Shown here: piece after piece, positions 27,784 through 38,167 of the stretch
How the letters are laid out: each line of letters starts with the position of its first letter
Numbering within the stretch: the first letter of the stretch is position 1
NCBI GenBank assembly: GCA_044222185.1
Contig: JBGANV010000001.1
Coordinates: forward strand, 1,056,001 to 1,120,000
Source of the DNA: Planctomycetota bacterium
GTDB lineage: Bacteria > Planctomycetota > GCA-002687715 > CAIWVZ01
Direction: 5' to 3'
Length of the DNA stretch: 64,000 nucleotides
Program-made: the position numbers and the translations under genes
The notes under the pieces: generated by a model
Seen by the model: only the letters and a program-made list of their open reading frames with translations
Database searches by the model: none
Told to the model about the DNA's origin: nothing

Positions 27784-30590
27784 CACCAGGCCCCCGCGAA
27801 GTCGTAGCTCGATGCGGTCGAGTGGTTCGCCTGGTTGTCCTTCGACGGCAGGCGCAGCTTCGGCAGGATCGACCGACCTCCCGGCTCGTACACGACCTCG
27901 GCACACATGCCCGTCGGCGTCTCACCGAGCTGCGAGCCAGCCAGACACTTTGGCAGCTCGCCGAGCTTCTGGGTGAGTGCCAACAGGTCCTCCACCTTGC
28001 TCGCGATCGAGACGCCCATCTTCTCGTAGACCTCGAATGCGAGGTCCTGGATCGGGGACTTCGAGTCGAAGTCGAACACGACGGAGTCCGACTGGAAGTC
28101 GAGCGTCACCTGCGTCACCGCGCCCCAGAATCCCAGCACCATCGACGACTGCGTCTGCGGCGCGAGCGACGTGCTGAGGCTCGCATGGATCGCAAGGTCG
28201 ATGAAGACCCCGCGCTCCTTCACGCCCGGCATCGTCACGGAGCCGCGCTGGTGGGCCTTCGAGAAGGCGTTCCAGAACCGCTCGACCATGGCGGTGTAGT
28301 CGGCGTCCTGGTTGTCCTCGGTCCAGTTCGGAGTGGTCACCGCCCACTCGCGCGCGAGGCCGAAGCGCTCGAAGGCGACGCCGGCGAATCCAGACGCCGG
28401 GTACCGCGCGGTGCGCATCGTGGTCGTCGTGCGTTCGTACTCGACCTGGATGAGCCGAGGCGGCTGGTATCCGGACGGGCACGGCGCGGCCGCCGGCGTG
28501 CGCGTGTAGAAGCTGTTGCGGCGATAGACCTGGAAACTGCCTGGGCCGCCGCCGGCGACCTGGACCCATGGGCCGGCCGGATTCTGATTCCGCGAGGGGT
28601 AGCCCATCTGCGAGGTCATCGCGGCAACGCGTCGGAAGTTCCCGGTGCCGTCGTCCACCTGGAGCTTCAGCGGGGTGCAGACCGACACGTGCGGCGAGCT
28701 CGACGCGTCGAACCGGATCGTGGTCCCCGTGAACGACCACTTTCGACCCACTTCCCACCGCGCGTTGTTCTCCGCCGGCAGCGCGTTGATGGACCCCACG
28801 TTCTGGAACCGCATGTTCTGCGTGATCGCCACGCGGTCCTCGGTGGCGGATGGATCGTTCACCGGCTTGAACGTCGGAGAGTCCGTCAGGAACTGCCCCG
28901 CCGACACGTCGAGCGTGAGTCGGAACCCGGGCGTCCCGTCGCCAGCGTCCGCCACGTTCGTGGACGCACGGATCCGGTAGACCCGGTCGAGCGACCGTGA
29001 GTCAGCCCCGTTGATCGTCCAGACCCACAGGACGCAGCCCTTCCACTCGTCGTTGACGTGGTCAGAGCCGAATGCGCTGTCCGAGTAACGGATCCAGATC
29101 CGATCGAACGTGCCGTCGTTGTCGATCTTGTAGACCCGACACCCGTTCGAGTTGCCGTCGGCGTTCTTCGATCCGAAGTCCGACTCCCGGTCCTTGTCCT
29201 TGTCCTTCCAGGCGGAGTTGAACCCGCTCTTCCAGCCAGGCTGCAACGCGCCGGCCGCGAGGTCGGTCGAGTTCCACGCGACGGTCTCGGAAGTCGTCTT
29301 CTGGTAGACGCTGTAGAACTTCACCGCCGAGTAGACGCGGTCGAGGTCGAGTCCGATCTTCGGGTCGCCCTTCGGGCAGTTGTCGAGGTTCAGAGTGAGC
29401 GTGGGCAGCGCGTTCCCGTCGATCGGGACGATCCGAGAGCCCGACCCGAAGCCGCCGCCACCCGTGGGCGAGAACTCGTAGAAGCGCAGCTCCGAGCCCA
29501 CGATCGCCTGCACCGTTCGCTCGAGGTTGAGCGCCGGGTTTCCGGACGAGTAGATGCGCACTCGGTTGCCGGTCACGCCAGGCGAGGCGCTGAAGAGGCT
29601 CGGATCGACGACGGAGACCTTCGAGCCGTAGGGGCCGGCGCCCGTAGCGATCGACGTGGTGGTCGTCGTGGACGTCGACTTCACGGTCAGGCCCGTGCGC
29701 AGGAGGCGCCACTGCGTCGTGCGGTGGTCGACGACGAGCCGCATGTCCGGGGCCCACTGGAGGACCTGCTGGACGAGCTCACGGAAGCCGATGTTCTCGG
29801 CGACGATCGCTGGCGGGATGAATGTGAGGCTTGCCAGATCGGCGGACGCGAAGATCGAGGCGGCCGTCGCGTTGTCGATCGCACCCTCGGTGACGAGCTT
29901 CGAGTAGTACCGCGAGTCGAGGTACTCGAGGATCTCCTTCACCGTCATCTTCGAGGCCGCAGTCGTGGCCTCGCCGGTCGACCACGGCGTCCCGGTGCCA
30001 GGGGCCGTGATCTTGATCGAGTAGAACCAGTCGGCGTTGTCGAGATCGACGTTGAACGCGATCTTCGGGATGGTGATGCCGCCCGACGTGTCGCGCTCCG
30101 CTCGGATGTCGTTCGCCTTCCAGGCGCCGTCCTTGCAGACGATCTTCAGGCCGCCTTCCGGCGTCGAATCCACCGAGGCGATGAAGCCGTAGAAGATCCG
30201 GAGCTGGCCTGTCGACTGCTGGTTCAGGTGCCAGCTCGCGCACACGACCGACGAATCCGCGTCCGGCCGATCGGCGAACAGCTCCACCTTGTCGTTCGGG
30301 CCGAGCTGGATCGCTCCAGCCGGGTCGTTCAGCCAGGCCTTCCGCCCGGTGAGCGCGAGGTTGAGCTGCTTCCCCGTGTCGTAGGAGTGATCCATCGACA
30401 CGAGTTCCAGGTACTGCTTGTCGTTCTGGAGGGTCGTTCCCGGCGGGGACGCGCCCGCGCGGATGGCGTTGTCGTACCGCCTCCCTGATGTGACGTCCGG
30501 ATCGCTCGCGGACCCGTCCTGGAACACGTAGATCGTGCCCGCTGGAGCCGCCGAGCGGAACTTGATCTTGATGTTCTGGAGGCGGGACAC
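27783..30590 (-). CDS. Large tail tip/baseplate-hub-like protein
   Basis: 935 aa, second gene after the tape measure; function by position only. Confidence 0.6.
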   Translation of the reverse strand: MSRLQNIKIKFRSAAPAGTIYVFQDGSASDPDVTSGRRYDNAIRAGASPPGTTLQNDKQYLELVSMDHSYDTGKQLNLALTGRKAWLNDPAGAIQLGPNDKVELFADRPDADSSVVCASWHLNQQSTGQLRIFYGFIASVDSTPEGGLKIVCKDGAWKANDIRAERDTSGGITIPKIAFNVDLDNADWFYSIKITAPGTGTPWSTGEATTAASKMTVKEILEYLDSRYYSKLVTEGAIDNATAASIFASADLASLTFIPPAIVAENIGFRELVQQVLQWAPDMRLVVDHRTTQWRLLRTGLTVKSTSTTTTTSIATGAGPYGSKVSVVDPSLFSASPGVTGNRVRIYSSGNPALNLERTVQAIVGSELRFYEFSPTGGGGFGSGSRIVPIDGNALPTLTLNLDNCPKGDPKIGLDLDRVYSAVKFYSVYQKTTSETVAWNSTDLAAGALQPGWKSGFNSAWKDKDKDRESDFGSKNADGNSNGCRVYKIDNDGTFDRIWIRYSDSAFGSDHVNDEWKGCVLWVWTINGADSRSLDRVYRIRASTNVADAGDGTPGFRLTLDVSAGQFLTDSPTFKPVNDPSATEDRVAITQNMRFQNVGSINALPAENNARWEVGRKWSFTGTTIRFDASSSPHVSVCTPLKLQVDDGTGNFRRVAAMTSQMGYPSRNQNPAGPWVQVAGGGPGSFQVYRRNSFYTRTPAAAPCPSGYQPPRLIQVEYERTTTTMRTARYPASGFAGVAFERFGLAREWAVTTPNWTEDNQDADYTAMVERFWNAFSKAHQRGSVTMPGVKERGVFIDLAIHASLSTSLAPQTQSSMVLGFWGAVTQVTLDFQSDSVVFDFDSKSPIQDLAFEVYEKMGVSIASKVEDLLALTQKLGELPKCLAGSQLGETPTGMCAEVVYEPGGRSILPKLRLPSKDNQANHSTASSYDFAGAW

Positions 30591-30591
30591 C

Positions 30592-31263
30592 TCAGATCCA
30601 CTCCGGCGCTTCCACGCTCATGAACTTGAACTCGACTTCCTTCACCCCCTGGTTCGACCCGGGATCGATCCCCTCCAGCTGCGTGTCCGTCAGCAGGTAG
30701 GCGTTGCGCAGGAACCACGTCGGCTCGAACACGACGGCGCCCGCGGCATAGCCGTAGGTGCTCGCCACGATCGGGATGGTCGTGCTGCTGCCTGAACCGG
30801 ACGTCGTGAGGATCTCGTAGGACGTGCCGTCGGTGATGAACCAGTGTTCGCCGGACGCGAACGTGGGCGCCGGCGAGTTGATGTCGATCGACGTCGCCCC
30901 GGCGGCGATGAGCGTGGTCAGCGAATGCAGATTGGACGAATCGCTGAGCACGGCCAGGACGCCATCGGTCCCGTAGACGGTCGACGGCACGTACCCGCGC
31001 ACGCCGACGACGTTGATCAGGAACTGGAGCTTGCGCTGCATGAACTGATCTGCCGTCTCCGCGCCAGCGAAGCCGCGGACCAGTGCGCCCTGGGCATCCA
31101 CCTCGTAGTGGCTGCGGCCGCCGCGGTCAATGATCGCCCCGCGGTTGCCGTAGAGCGGCGACACGACTTCTGGATCGTCGCCTTTCGCGCGGATCCGCTC
31201 CGGGCCCTGGAGCACGTCGCCGAGGCGGAGCGTCTTGAAGTAGCCGATGCGGTCGTTCGCCAT
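30592..31263 (-). CDS. Distal-tail-like protein
   Basis: Immediately after the tape measure gene; function by position. Confidence 0.55.
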   Translation of the reverse strand: MANDRIGYFKTLRLGDVLQGPERIRAKGDDPEVVSPLYGNRGAIIDRGGRSHYEVDAQGALVRGFAGAETADQFMQRKLQFLINVVGVRGYVPSTVYGTDGVLAVLSDSSNLHSLTTLIAAGATSIDINSPAPTFASGEHWFITDGTSYEILTTSGSGSSTTIPIVASTYGYAAGAVVFEPTWFLRNAYLLTDTQLEGIDPGSNQGVKEVEFKFMSVEAPEWI

Positions 31264-31266
31264 AGG

Positions 31267-34200
31267 TCACCTGCTCACCGAGGACGCGACCTTCTCCAGG
31301 GCCTTTGTGATGGCGTCGAGCGCCTTCTTCTGCTCCTTGATGTCGTCGACGCTGGTCTTGATGGCGTCTGACGCCGCGTCGAGCGCCTTGCGAGTCGCCT
31401 CGAACGCCTCCGCGGTCGCCGCCTTTTCCTTCTCGATCGTGTCGAGGAAGGTCTTCTCGGCCTCCGCGCGAGCCGCCTCCGCCTTCGCGCTCTCCGCGAA
31501 GAACGTGTCTGTGGCATCCTTGAATAGTGCGGCGGCGCCGACCTCCTTCTCCGCCTGTTGGTTCAGAGCCTGCTTCAGGAGCGCTCCGCCGTTTGCCGCC
31601 AGGTCGTCCGATGACTGACCCTGTGTTGCATCCCGAAGGCTGTTGAACCGCTCCTTCTCGGCACCCTTCCGGACCTTCTTGATCGCCTTGAAGACGTTGA
31701 GCGGAAGACCACCGCCTGGTTCGAGGCCACCACCGAGTCCAGCGAGCTGATCTGCGCGACCCTTGATCTGCTGTTCGATCTGCCCGACCGCTTCGAGGTG
31801 CTTCTGGAGGATCGAATCCGTCGACGACTTGTACGCCTCTTGGATCTTGGCCAACCCCTCCTCGCGCTTCTTTGCGAACGAGTTCTCGGCATCGAGCAGA
31901 CGGTTGAACCGGGACTCCAGTTCGTTCTCGCGGCGGCGCCGCTCGTTGAGGGCGCCTTCAGCGGCTTCGAGGCGCTGCGTGCGCTCGTGCAGGATGCTCT
32001 CGATGCGCGACGACTGCTGGAGGTCGAGCTGCGATTCGAGGATTGCCTTCTGGACCTTCGACAGCCCTTCGGTGGACTTGGCGAATCCACGGGCCTGCGC
32101 CTCGGCCTCGGCGAAGAACTGCGTGATGCTCGCGATCGCATCCGATGGGAGAAGCCCTGCGGGATTCGACGTGAACGCAGCGTTCGGCGCACCGATGCCG
32201 GGGGGACCGCCCGCGTTGCTCGTCAGAGATCCCAGGCGTGGCGGCGGTGGCGGGCCTTGGGTCAGGGTGATCGGCGGAAATATCGGCGTTGGGTTTCCGA
32301 CCTGACCACGCCCAGGGACGTACGGCTCGTTCCGCGGAACGGGTTCCGCACGATGAAGAATGGCTTCGCGGAGCGCATCCAGTGCGGCGTTGTTCTCGCT
32401 GAGAAGTCTCGCGTTCTCGCCTTGCGGGGCAAACGACACCTGCGAGGCCTGCTGGGACAGGCTCTCGGCTCGCGCCTTGGACGCTGCGACGCCGGCGTTG
32501 TCGCCGCTGAGTACGCTCCCGCCTGCATCGAGGTGCGCCTTTACCTTCAGTGCTGATCCAAAGGCTGCGCCAGGTACTCCGCCGGTCGCGAACCCAATCA
32601 GCTGCGCGTTGTCGAGCGCAAAGGCCTTCGCCCTCTCGAAGAACTCCTGGATCTTCAGCTCCGCGAACTTCAGCGATCCCTCGGCGCCCGACCGCATGTG
32701 GATCCAGAGGTTGTCGACGACCAACGTCGCAGCCTTGAAGACGTCTTCCAGACTCGCGTGCTCGATCAGCGTCTGCACATCACGGAAGGCACCGCCCACG
32801 TCGCCGATCGCGCCCGACAGGATCTTGGCCGCGGATGCGGCGTTGTTGGTCGCGAATCTGCCGAGCGATCCGAGCATCCCTTCGACGGCGTCTGCGACCT
32901 TGTTGAACGCGGGCGCAAGGGCAGATCCGACCGACTGAAGGAGGTTCGCAGTCGTCGCGTGGAGCTGCGCGAACCGATCGCGAGTGGTCAGAATGTCGAC
33001 GCTCAGGCCGCGAGTAACGCGAGCCGCTTCCTTGTTCACGAGGTTCAGGATGGCCTGTCGCTGCTCTGCGCCGCTCAGCGAGCTGACGGACTTCTCGATC
33101 TCGTCGGCGTAGTCGCCGTAGGCCTCCTTCAGCTTCACCATCAGTCCAAGATCGTCGAGGATCTTCGGAGACTGGCGACCGATACCGAGAGTGAGCCGCT
33201 CGAGTGCTGTGGCAGCGTCGACACCCGTTACCTTCGCCAACGCGCGCGAGGTCTCAGCGAGCTTGGCGAAGTCGTCGACGCTTTCGGCCGCCCCGAGAGC
33301 CGATGCCCGGTTCGCCTGCCTCATCAGCTCGAGGTCGGAAACAGTTCCTCGGGTCGCGTCCCGCAACTTGTCGAGCGCGCCTGCCACGTCCTGACCAGCT
33401 GCTCGCGCGAGTCGCTCGAAGGCGGGCGTGACCTCCTCGGCCTTCGCGAACTGGCCAAGACCGGCGAACGCCAGCCCGACGGCCGCGCCGACCGTCACCT
33501 TGAGCGCGGTGCCCAGCTTGTCACCGACGAACCCCGCGATCGCGCCGCCGGCGTCCGCAAGAGCACTCGCCACGGAGCCAACTACCGAGAATGCGCTGCT
33601 TAGAGCGCCGGCGACGACTGACCCAGCGCCCGCCAAGGTCTTGTAGATGGACCCGATGACCCGCGTTGCGGCCGTAGTCCCGTCCTTCGCGAGGTCGCTG
33701 AACCCGCCGGCGAGGTTGCTCAGGGTCCCGGACACGCTGGATGCGACGCCGGAGCCAACGGAGGCCGTGGCTCGGATGAGGCCCGACGCCGTCGATCCGA
33801 TCGCCGACGGGATCGCGCCGCCGATCAGGCGGCCGGACGTCAAGGCGCCTACGCCGCCGGAGATCGCTCCGCCAACCTGGGAGAGCCCTGGGGCCGCGCT
33901 TCGCAGGGCGGCCGCGGCGGACCGTTGGATTGCAATCCCGACGCGCGCCCACGCTGCCTCAGCCCGACGCGCGGCGGCCTCCATCCCGTGCTGAATCGAA
34001 ACGGAGACGTTGCCGAACCGCTTCTCGGTGGCCTCTGCGATCCGCTGGAGTCGCAGCGCCATCACCGTGATGCCCTGCGCGCCGACCTCGCCGAATCGCT
34101 GCATGCCTCGGACCATGATGTCCGTGAGGCGCGCCTGTCGCTGCAGGAGCTGCTCGACGCGCTGGAGGTTCGCGATCGTTTGCTGGGACGAGGCTGGCGT

Positions 34201-34278
34201 AGCGGGTGCCGTCGACCCGCTAGTCGAAGACGCTCCGCCGCCTGACGGACCCTTGATCTCGATCTCCAGCCGCGCCAT
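31267..34278 (-). CDS. Tail tape measure protein
   Basis: 1003 aa, Ala/Gly-rich helical; LRDATRGTVSDLELM...GIGRQSPKILDDLG motif; follows the chaperone genes. Confidence 0.88.
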   Translation of the reverse strand: MARLEIEIKGPSGGGASSTSGSTAPATPASSQQTIANLQRVEQLLQRQARLTDIMVRGMQRFGEVGAQGITVMALRLQRIAEATEKRFGNVSVSIQHGMEAAARRAEAAWARVGIAIQRSAAAALRSAAPGLSQVGGAISGGVGALTSGRLIGGAIPSAIGSTASGLIRATASVGSGVASSVSGTLSNLAGGFSDLAKDGTTAATRVIGSIYKTLAGAGSVVAGALSSAFSVVGSVASALADAGGAIAGFVGDKLGTALKVTVGAAVGLAFAGLGQFAKAEEVTPAFERLARAAGQDVAGALDKLRDATRGTVSDLELMRQANRASALGAAESVDDFAKLAETSRALAKVTGVDAATALERLTLGIGRQSPKILDDLGLMVKLKEAYGDYADEIEKSVSSLSGAEQRQAILNLVNKEAARVTRGLSVDILTTRDRFAQLHATTANLLQSVGSALAPAFNKVADAVEGMLGSLGRFATNNAASAAKILSGAIGDVGGAFRDVQTLIEHASLEDVFKAATLVVDNLWIHMRSGAEGSLKFAELKIQEFFERAKAFALDNAQLIGFATGGVPGAAFGSALKVKAHLDAGGSVLSGDNAGVAASKARAESLSQQASQVSFAPQGENARLLSENNAALDALREAILHRAEPVPRNEPYVPGRGQVGNPTPIFPPITLTQGPPPPPRLGSLTSNAGGPPGIGAPNAAFTSNPAGLLPSDAIASITQFFAEAEAQARGFAKSTEGLSKVQKAILESQLDLQQSSRIESILHERTQRLEAAEGALNERRRRENELESRFNRLLDAENSFAKKREEGLAKIQEAYKSSTDSILQKHLEAVGQIEQQIKGRADQLAGLGGGLEPGGGLPLNVFKAIKKVRKGAEKERFNSLRDATQGQSSDDLAANGGALLKQALNQQAEKEVGAAALFKDATDTFFAESAKAEAARAEAEKTFLDTIEKEKAATAEAFEATRKALDAASDAIKTSVDDIKEQKKALDAITKALEKVASSVSR

Positions 34279-34552
34279 CTGCGCCCTCTCTTTCGCCGCC
34301 CGCGATCGCCTGTGCTGGTGAACCTACCAGAGCCCCGCGCGCATGGACGGTCTGAGCGCGGATCACGTACTGCTGTACCGTTCGAAACCAGAGCGCGACG
34401 CGTTCTGACTGATCACGGAGTGCGCCCGGAAATGGGAACTGTCCAGTCCCGACAGCGTGAACGAGTTCCAGCGCGATCGCGAGGCACCGCCGATCGGTAG
34501 GCGCCTCGCTCCCGAAGTAGAGGTGGGCGATTTCCGCCCCGATCAGTTTGGG
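34220..34552 (-). CDS. Frameshift extension of the tail assembly chaperone (gpGT-like)
   Basis: -1 frame open from slippery CCCAAAC: PKLIGAEIAHLYF...FPFPGALRDQSE. Confidence 0.65.
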   Translation of the reverse strand, partial: PKLIGAEIAHLYFGSEAPTDRRCLAIALELVHAVGTGQFPFPGALRDQSERVALWFRTVQQYVIRAQTVHARGALVGSPAQAIAGGEREGADGAAGDRDQGSVRRRSVFD

Positions 34553-34980
34553 ACGATGGCGTCCGCGGCCGCGAGAACCTCGGAGAAGAACACGGCGGCG
34601 TCGCGCAGAACCAGGATCGGCTTGCCGCGTTGCTGCTTCACCCACGTCTCCCACGTCTTGGGATCGCTGTTGCGCGCCGGCATGCCCGGCACCTCTGATC
34701 GGTCAACGTACGCGCAGAGCAGCCGCGCGGCCGACTCCACTGCGTGTTCACCCCGGGTTCGGCACGACTCCAGCCAATCGGCCAGGCGGTCATACCTCGC
34801 GTCGCGCAGGAAGACCTTTCCGAGACCGAATCCGGAGAGGTCGACGGTTGCCTCCAGCCATGAGGTCCTCTTGAAGTGCGGACGTTTCGCCAGGCCTTCG
34901 ACGATGTGCGGCGGAAGGCCCTTCGTCTCTGAACCTGACTCGACCGCCTGCGCCGCCGCTTCGTTGACTTCTTCGCTCAT
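34543..34980 (-). CDS. Tail assembly chaperone (gpG-like)
   Basis: Between tail tube and tape measure; ends GTC CCA AAC TGA. Confidence 0.75.
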   Translation of the reverse strand: MSEEVNEAAAQAVESGSETKGLPPHIVEGLAKRPHFKRTSWLEATVDLSGFGLGKVFLRDARYDRLADWLESCRTRGEHAVESAARLLCAYVDRSEVPGMPARNSDPKTWETWVKQQRGKPILVLRDAAVFFSEVLAAADAIVPN

Positions 34981-36407
34981 GTGTTGTCGTCGTTGTAGGC
35001 CTTGCGGGACATGATGGACGTCGCCCCGGCCGCGAGGACGACGGTCGCCGTGAAGTTCACGACCTTGGCGAGCCCGGAGTTGCTGGGCTTGCTGGGGGCC
35101 GCGGTGATGCGGGCGAGGTCGCAGCGCAGCTCGAACGCCGTGTTGCGGACCAAGATCGTCTCTGTGCCGCCGTTCATTGCGATGTCGGCCGCGGTGATCG
35201 TGAGCGTCGTCGTGACGATGTTCGTGATGGTGACGACCTGCTGTAGGTTCGCGGTCGGCTGGATCAGGATGATCACGTCACCGATGGCGAAGCCGGTCGC
35301 GGACGCCACGACGATCGACGTGCCCGACGCGGCGAGGTTCGTGGCCGACGTCGACGAGCCGCTCGGACTCGACCCGTACGCCATGATCCGGCACTTGAGC
35401 TTCCGGAGGTCGGAGAGGCGTGACAGGTTCAGGTATGACCCGTCGGACACCTGGAGTTGTCCGGTGATCTCCAGCTTCGGATCGCCGATGAACACCTTCG
35501 TCCACGTCTGATCCAGCTCGGGCGTCGTGCTCGACAGGAACAGCTTCGGTTCGAGAGGCGCCGAGTAGTTCATGCTCAGCGACAAGAGGTCGAGCTTGTC
35601 GCCGGTGTAGGCACCCAGGTTGTTCGAGCTGTCCGCGAGCACCACGTCGACGAAGCAGTTCTTCGTCAGGTAGGGCGATTGGGTCGGGAAGGAATAACCT
35701 GGGTAGTTCTTGGTCGAGGTCCCGCCGGAGGTGTAGGCGCCGTTGCCGGTCGAGCCCGTCAGCGAGAACGTTGTCGAGGTGAGGACGATGATCGTCCACG
35801 TGCCGTTGGCGGCCGTGTTGCCGGCCACGCCTGCGATCGTCACGACGTCGCCCGTCGTGTAACCGTGCGTGGCGCTCGTGATGACGATCGGCGACGCGTT
35901 CGTGGCCGCGCTGATCGCGAGTCCGGACGTCGTGATCTGGTAGTCCGCGTTGATGAAGTGGTCGAGCTGGAAGCTCAATCCCGCGGGGTTCTCTCGGTCG
36001 AACGCGACAGTGAATCCCTGGGCGATCATCCCAGCGAGCTTGCGGCCGATGACCTGCGGCGACCCGCCGAGCGTCACGTTGAAGTACTGCTCAAACGTGT
36101 GGTACGCCGGCAGCCCCGTCGACTGGAGCGCCAGCGCCATGTCGAGCAGGAACTTCGCGTTCTCCGGGTAGATCGGCGTCTTGAACTGCTGTGCCCCGGT
36201 GTTCTTCGAACCGATGAACGGCCCGTACTTCAGCCCGGGGACCGCGTGCTCCGTGGCGATCTCGAACGTGTTGATGTTCACGCCGTCGGGCGTCCCATCT
36301 TCCTCGTTCGGGATGTACACGTAGGTCGACGGAGCCCCGAGTCGATCGGTCGGCGTCGAGTTCACGCCGATGCGGCAGAACACCTGTTTCTTGAGCAGAT
36401 CGGCCAC
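34977..36407 (-). CDS. Tail tube (major tail) protein with inserted beta-domains
   Basis: Position; 476 aa with insert ISAATNASPIVIT..HGYTTGDVVTI and a second 'GTSIVVASATGFAIGDVI' module. Confidence 0.7.
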   Translation of the reverse strand: MADLLKKQVFCRIGVNSTPTDRLGAPSTYVYIPNEEDGTPDGVNINTFEIATEHAVPGLKYGPFIGSKNTGAQQFKTPIYPENAKFLLDMALALQSTGLPAYHTFEQYFNVTLGGSPQVIGRKLAGMIAQGFTVAFDRENPAGLSFQLDHFINADYQITTSGLAISAATNASPIVITSATHGYTTGDVVTIAGVAGNTAANGTWTIIVLTSTTFSLTGSTGNGAYTSGGTSTKNYPGYSFPTQSPYLTKNCFVDVVLADSSNNLGAYTGDKLDLLSLSMNYSAPLEPKLFLSSTTPELDQTWTKVFIGDPKLEITGQLQVSDGSYLNLSRLSDLRKLKCRIMAYGSSPSGSSTSATNLAASGTSIVVASATGFAIGDVIILIQPTANLQQVVTITNIVTTTLTITAADIAMNGGTETILVRNTAFELRCDLARITAAPSKPSNSGLAKVVNFTATVVLAAGATSIMSRKAYNDDNT

Positions 36408-36505
36408 GTCCGAACCCTCCCCACGACTCCGGAGCCGCCCGCCCCGGTCCTCTTGCGCGTGAACGCGTCAGGACCTGATCCCCTGCGCGCCCCTCTCTCT
36501 CACCG

Positions 36506-37003
36506 TCACACGATGACGGTGTGCCTTTTTCCTGTCATCTCGATGGACCAGTCCCAGTACCAGAACCGCGGAACGCCCTGCGCGAGCTCCGGGATCGGCT
36601 TCGGACTGTCCGGCTTCCAGTCGTAGGTCTCGATGACGTCCGACTGGAGCCGCGATGTCTGCGCCGCGAACGTCCCGAGAATATCGGAGAGCGTGGCGAA
36701 GGCGCGTTCGATGGGTGCGCGCGTTGGGTTCGGCTGCGTCGCAGCGAACACGAGGCGCCCTTTCAGCTCCAGCTTGTCGCGCACCTGCTGCTCGTTGACC
36801 TGCTTCGATCCGATCGCTGCGTTGAGCGCGTAGATCGCTGGCAAGGCGTCAGCTGGGAACAGCCCCTTCGTTGGGTCGTACGGAAGGAACCGCCCGTCGT
36901 AGCCGCGGAACTCCTTCAGATTGAGGCTTCGGTACGCCGGCTGCTTGTTCAGGTACGTCCAGAACGCGGCCTCCATGTCAGTGAACGGTGTGTCGCTGAT
37001 CAC
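36506..37003 (-). CDS. Tail terminator-like protein
   Basis: Last neck gene before the tail tube; GTGA coupling. Confidence 0.55.
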   Translation of the reverse strand: MISDTPFTDMEAAFWTYLNKQPAYRSLNLKEFRGYDGRFLPYDPTKGLFPADALPAIYALNAAIGSKQVNEQQVRDKLELKGRLVFAATQPNPTRAPIERAFATLSDILGTFAAQTSRLQSDVIETYDWKPDSPKPIPELAQGVPRFWYWDWSIEMTGKRHTVIV

Positions 37004-37494
37004 GCGGCCACCTTCGCGATGATCTGGTTTCCCAGCCACGATTCGATGGCCTTCTCGATGCTCTGGTCCAGGCTGTCGAGGAACCAGATCGCGGACTCCG
37101 GCAGCCCGTTCGCGATCACCGAGAACGGATCGGCCGCCTTGATCGGCCCGTCATAGTTCTGGGATGGGTCGATCGTCGCGCTCTTCGGTCCGATCTTCGT
37201 GAAGTGGTCAGTGGCGTGGCGGAGCGCGCCGGTCCACTCGAGGTACGGGAAGTCGGGGCGCGCACGCTCGTTCGGCGGGTTGCGGTAGTAGCCGCGACCC
37301 TTCGCGCGAGCCTCGATCGTGCTCTGGGCGTGCTGAAGCCCGATGCGGAAGCGGGAGTCCCAGACCTGCATCTGTGCCTCCGGCAGGATCTCCTCGTTCA
37401 TCAGATCGAAGAACGTCGTCCAGTCCTCGAGCTGGTGCATCACGCCGGCGATGACCGCCTGCGCCGCCTCGGGGGTGTCGACGCGGATCGTCAC
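37000..37494 (-). CDS. Neck/virion morphogenesis protein
   Basis: STIEAR...LEWTGALR pattern reminiscent of Mu gpG-like proteins; position. Confidence 0.55.
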   Translation of the reverse strand: MTIRVDTPEAAQAVIAGVMHQLEDWTTFFDLMNEEILPEAQMQVWDSRFRIGLQHAQSTIEARAKGRGYYRNPPNERARPDFPYLEWTGALRHATDHFTKIGPKSATIDPSQNYDGPIKAADPFSVIANGLPESAIWFLDSLDQSIEKAIESWLGNQIIAKVAA

Positions 37495-37895
37495 CGCTCG
37501 ATCCTCACGAACATGGAGCTGGCTTCGAGCGGATCTCGGGGCGGGAGCTTCTCGCCGTCAGCGCCGACGATCCAGCCACGGCCGATGATCTTCGCGATGC
37601 GCTCGGTTGCCTCGTTCTCCAGGCGTCTCGGCAGCTGAAGCCCATCGCCGCGATCCGGGTTCGTCTCGCCGAACACGATTCGCAGGTACCGGGCGCTCGC
37701 GAGACGCAGAGCGATGTGGCGGACCTCCGGCGGCGTCGAATCAGGTGACCAAAACGATCGGTCCCACTTCTCGAACTCGCCGTCGATGACGGTGTCCGAC
37801 TCTTCCTCGCAGATCCGAGCGGTTTCGTCGTCGAGTTCGGCGACGGACGCCAGGTAGCCGACGCCCGCCTCAAGCTGGCAGTACTTCCCCGCCAT
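37491..37895 (-). CDS. Head-tail adaptor protein
   Basis: ESDTVIDG...TPPEVRHIALRLASARYL pattern typical of adaptors. Confidence 0.65.
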   Translation of the reverse strand: MAGKYCQLEAGVGYLASVAELDDETARICEEESDTVIDGEFEKWDRSFWSPDSTPPEVRHIALRLASARYLRIVFGETNPDRGDGLQLPRRLENEATERIAKIIGRGWIVGADGEKLPPRDPLEASSMFVRIER

Positions 37896-38167
37896 CAGGA
37901 CCTCTCGTGCGCGATCCAGTAGACCGTGCGACGCGTGTTCACGTACTGCGAACCGGTGACGGTGAGCGTGAAGCCCGAGTAGGTCACGCTGGTGGCCGCG
38001 TACGTGGCGCCTGCGGACACGTCGGCGCCGTCCTCGACCACCATCATTTGGGGCACGTCGTTGAATGCCTCTTCGAACGTGATGCCGAGGGACGCGTGCC
38101 CACTGCCGTCGAAGATCAGGACGGACTTCCGGTACTCGATCAGTTTGGAGTCGATGCCGCGGCTCAC
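37895..38167 (-). CDS. Small H-type-lectin-like virion protein
   Basis: ITFEEAFNDVPQ...VTYSGFTL...VYWIA pattern. Confidence 0.55.
   Translation of the reverse strand: MSRGIDSKLIEYRKSVLIFDGSGHASLGITFEEAFNDVPQMMVVEDGADVSAGATYAATSVTYSGFTLTVTGSQYVNTRRTVYWIAHERS

Noticed and set aside
25587-30590. Diversity-generating retroelement or invertible tail-fibre switch
   Set aside because: No reverse transcriptase, invertase or template/variable repeat pair visible
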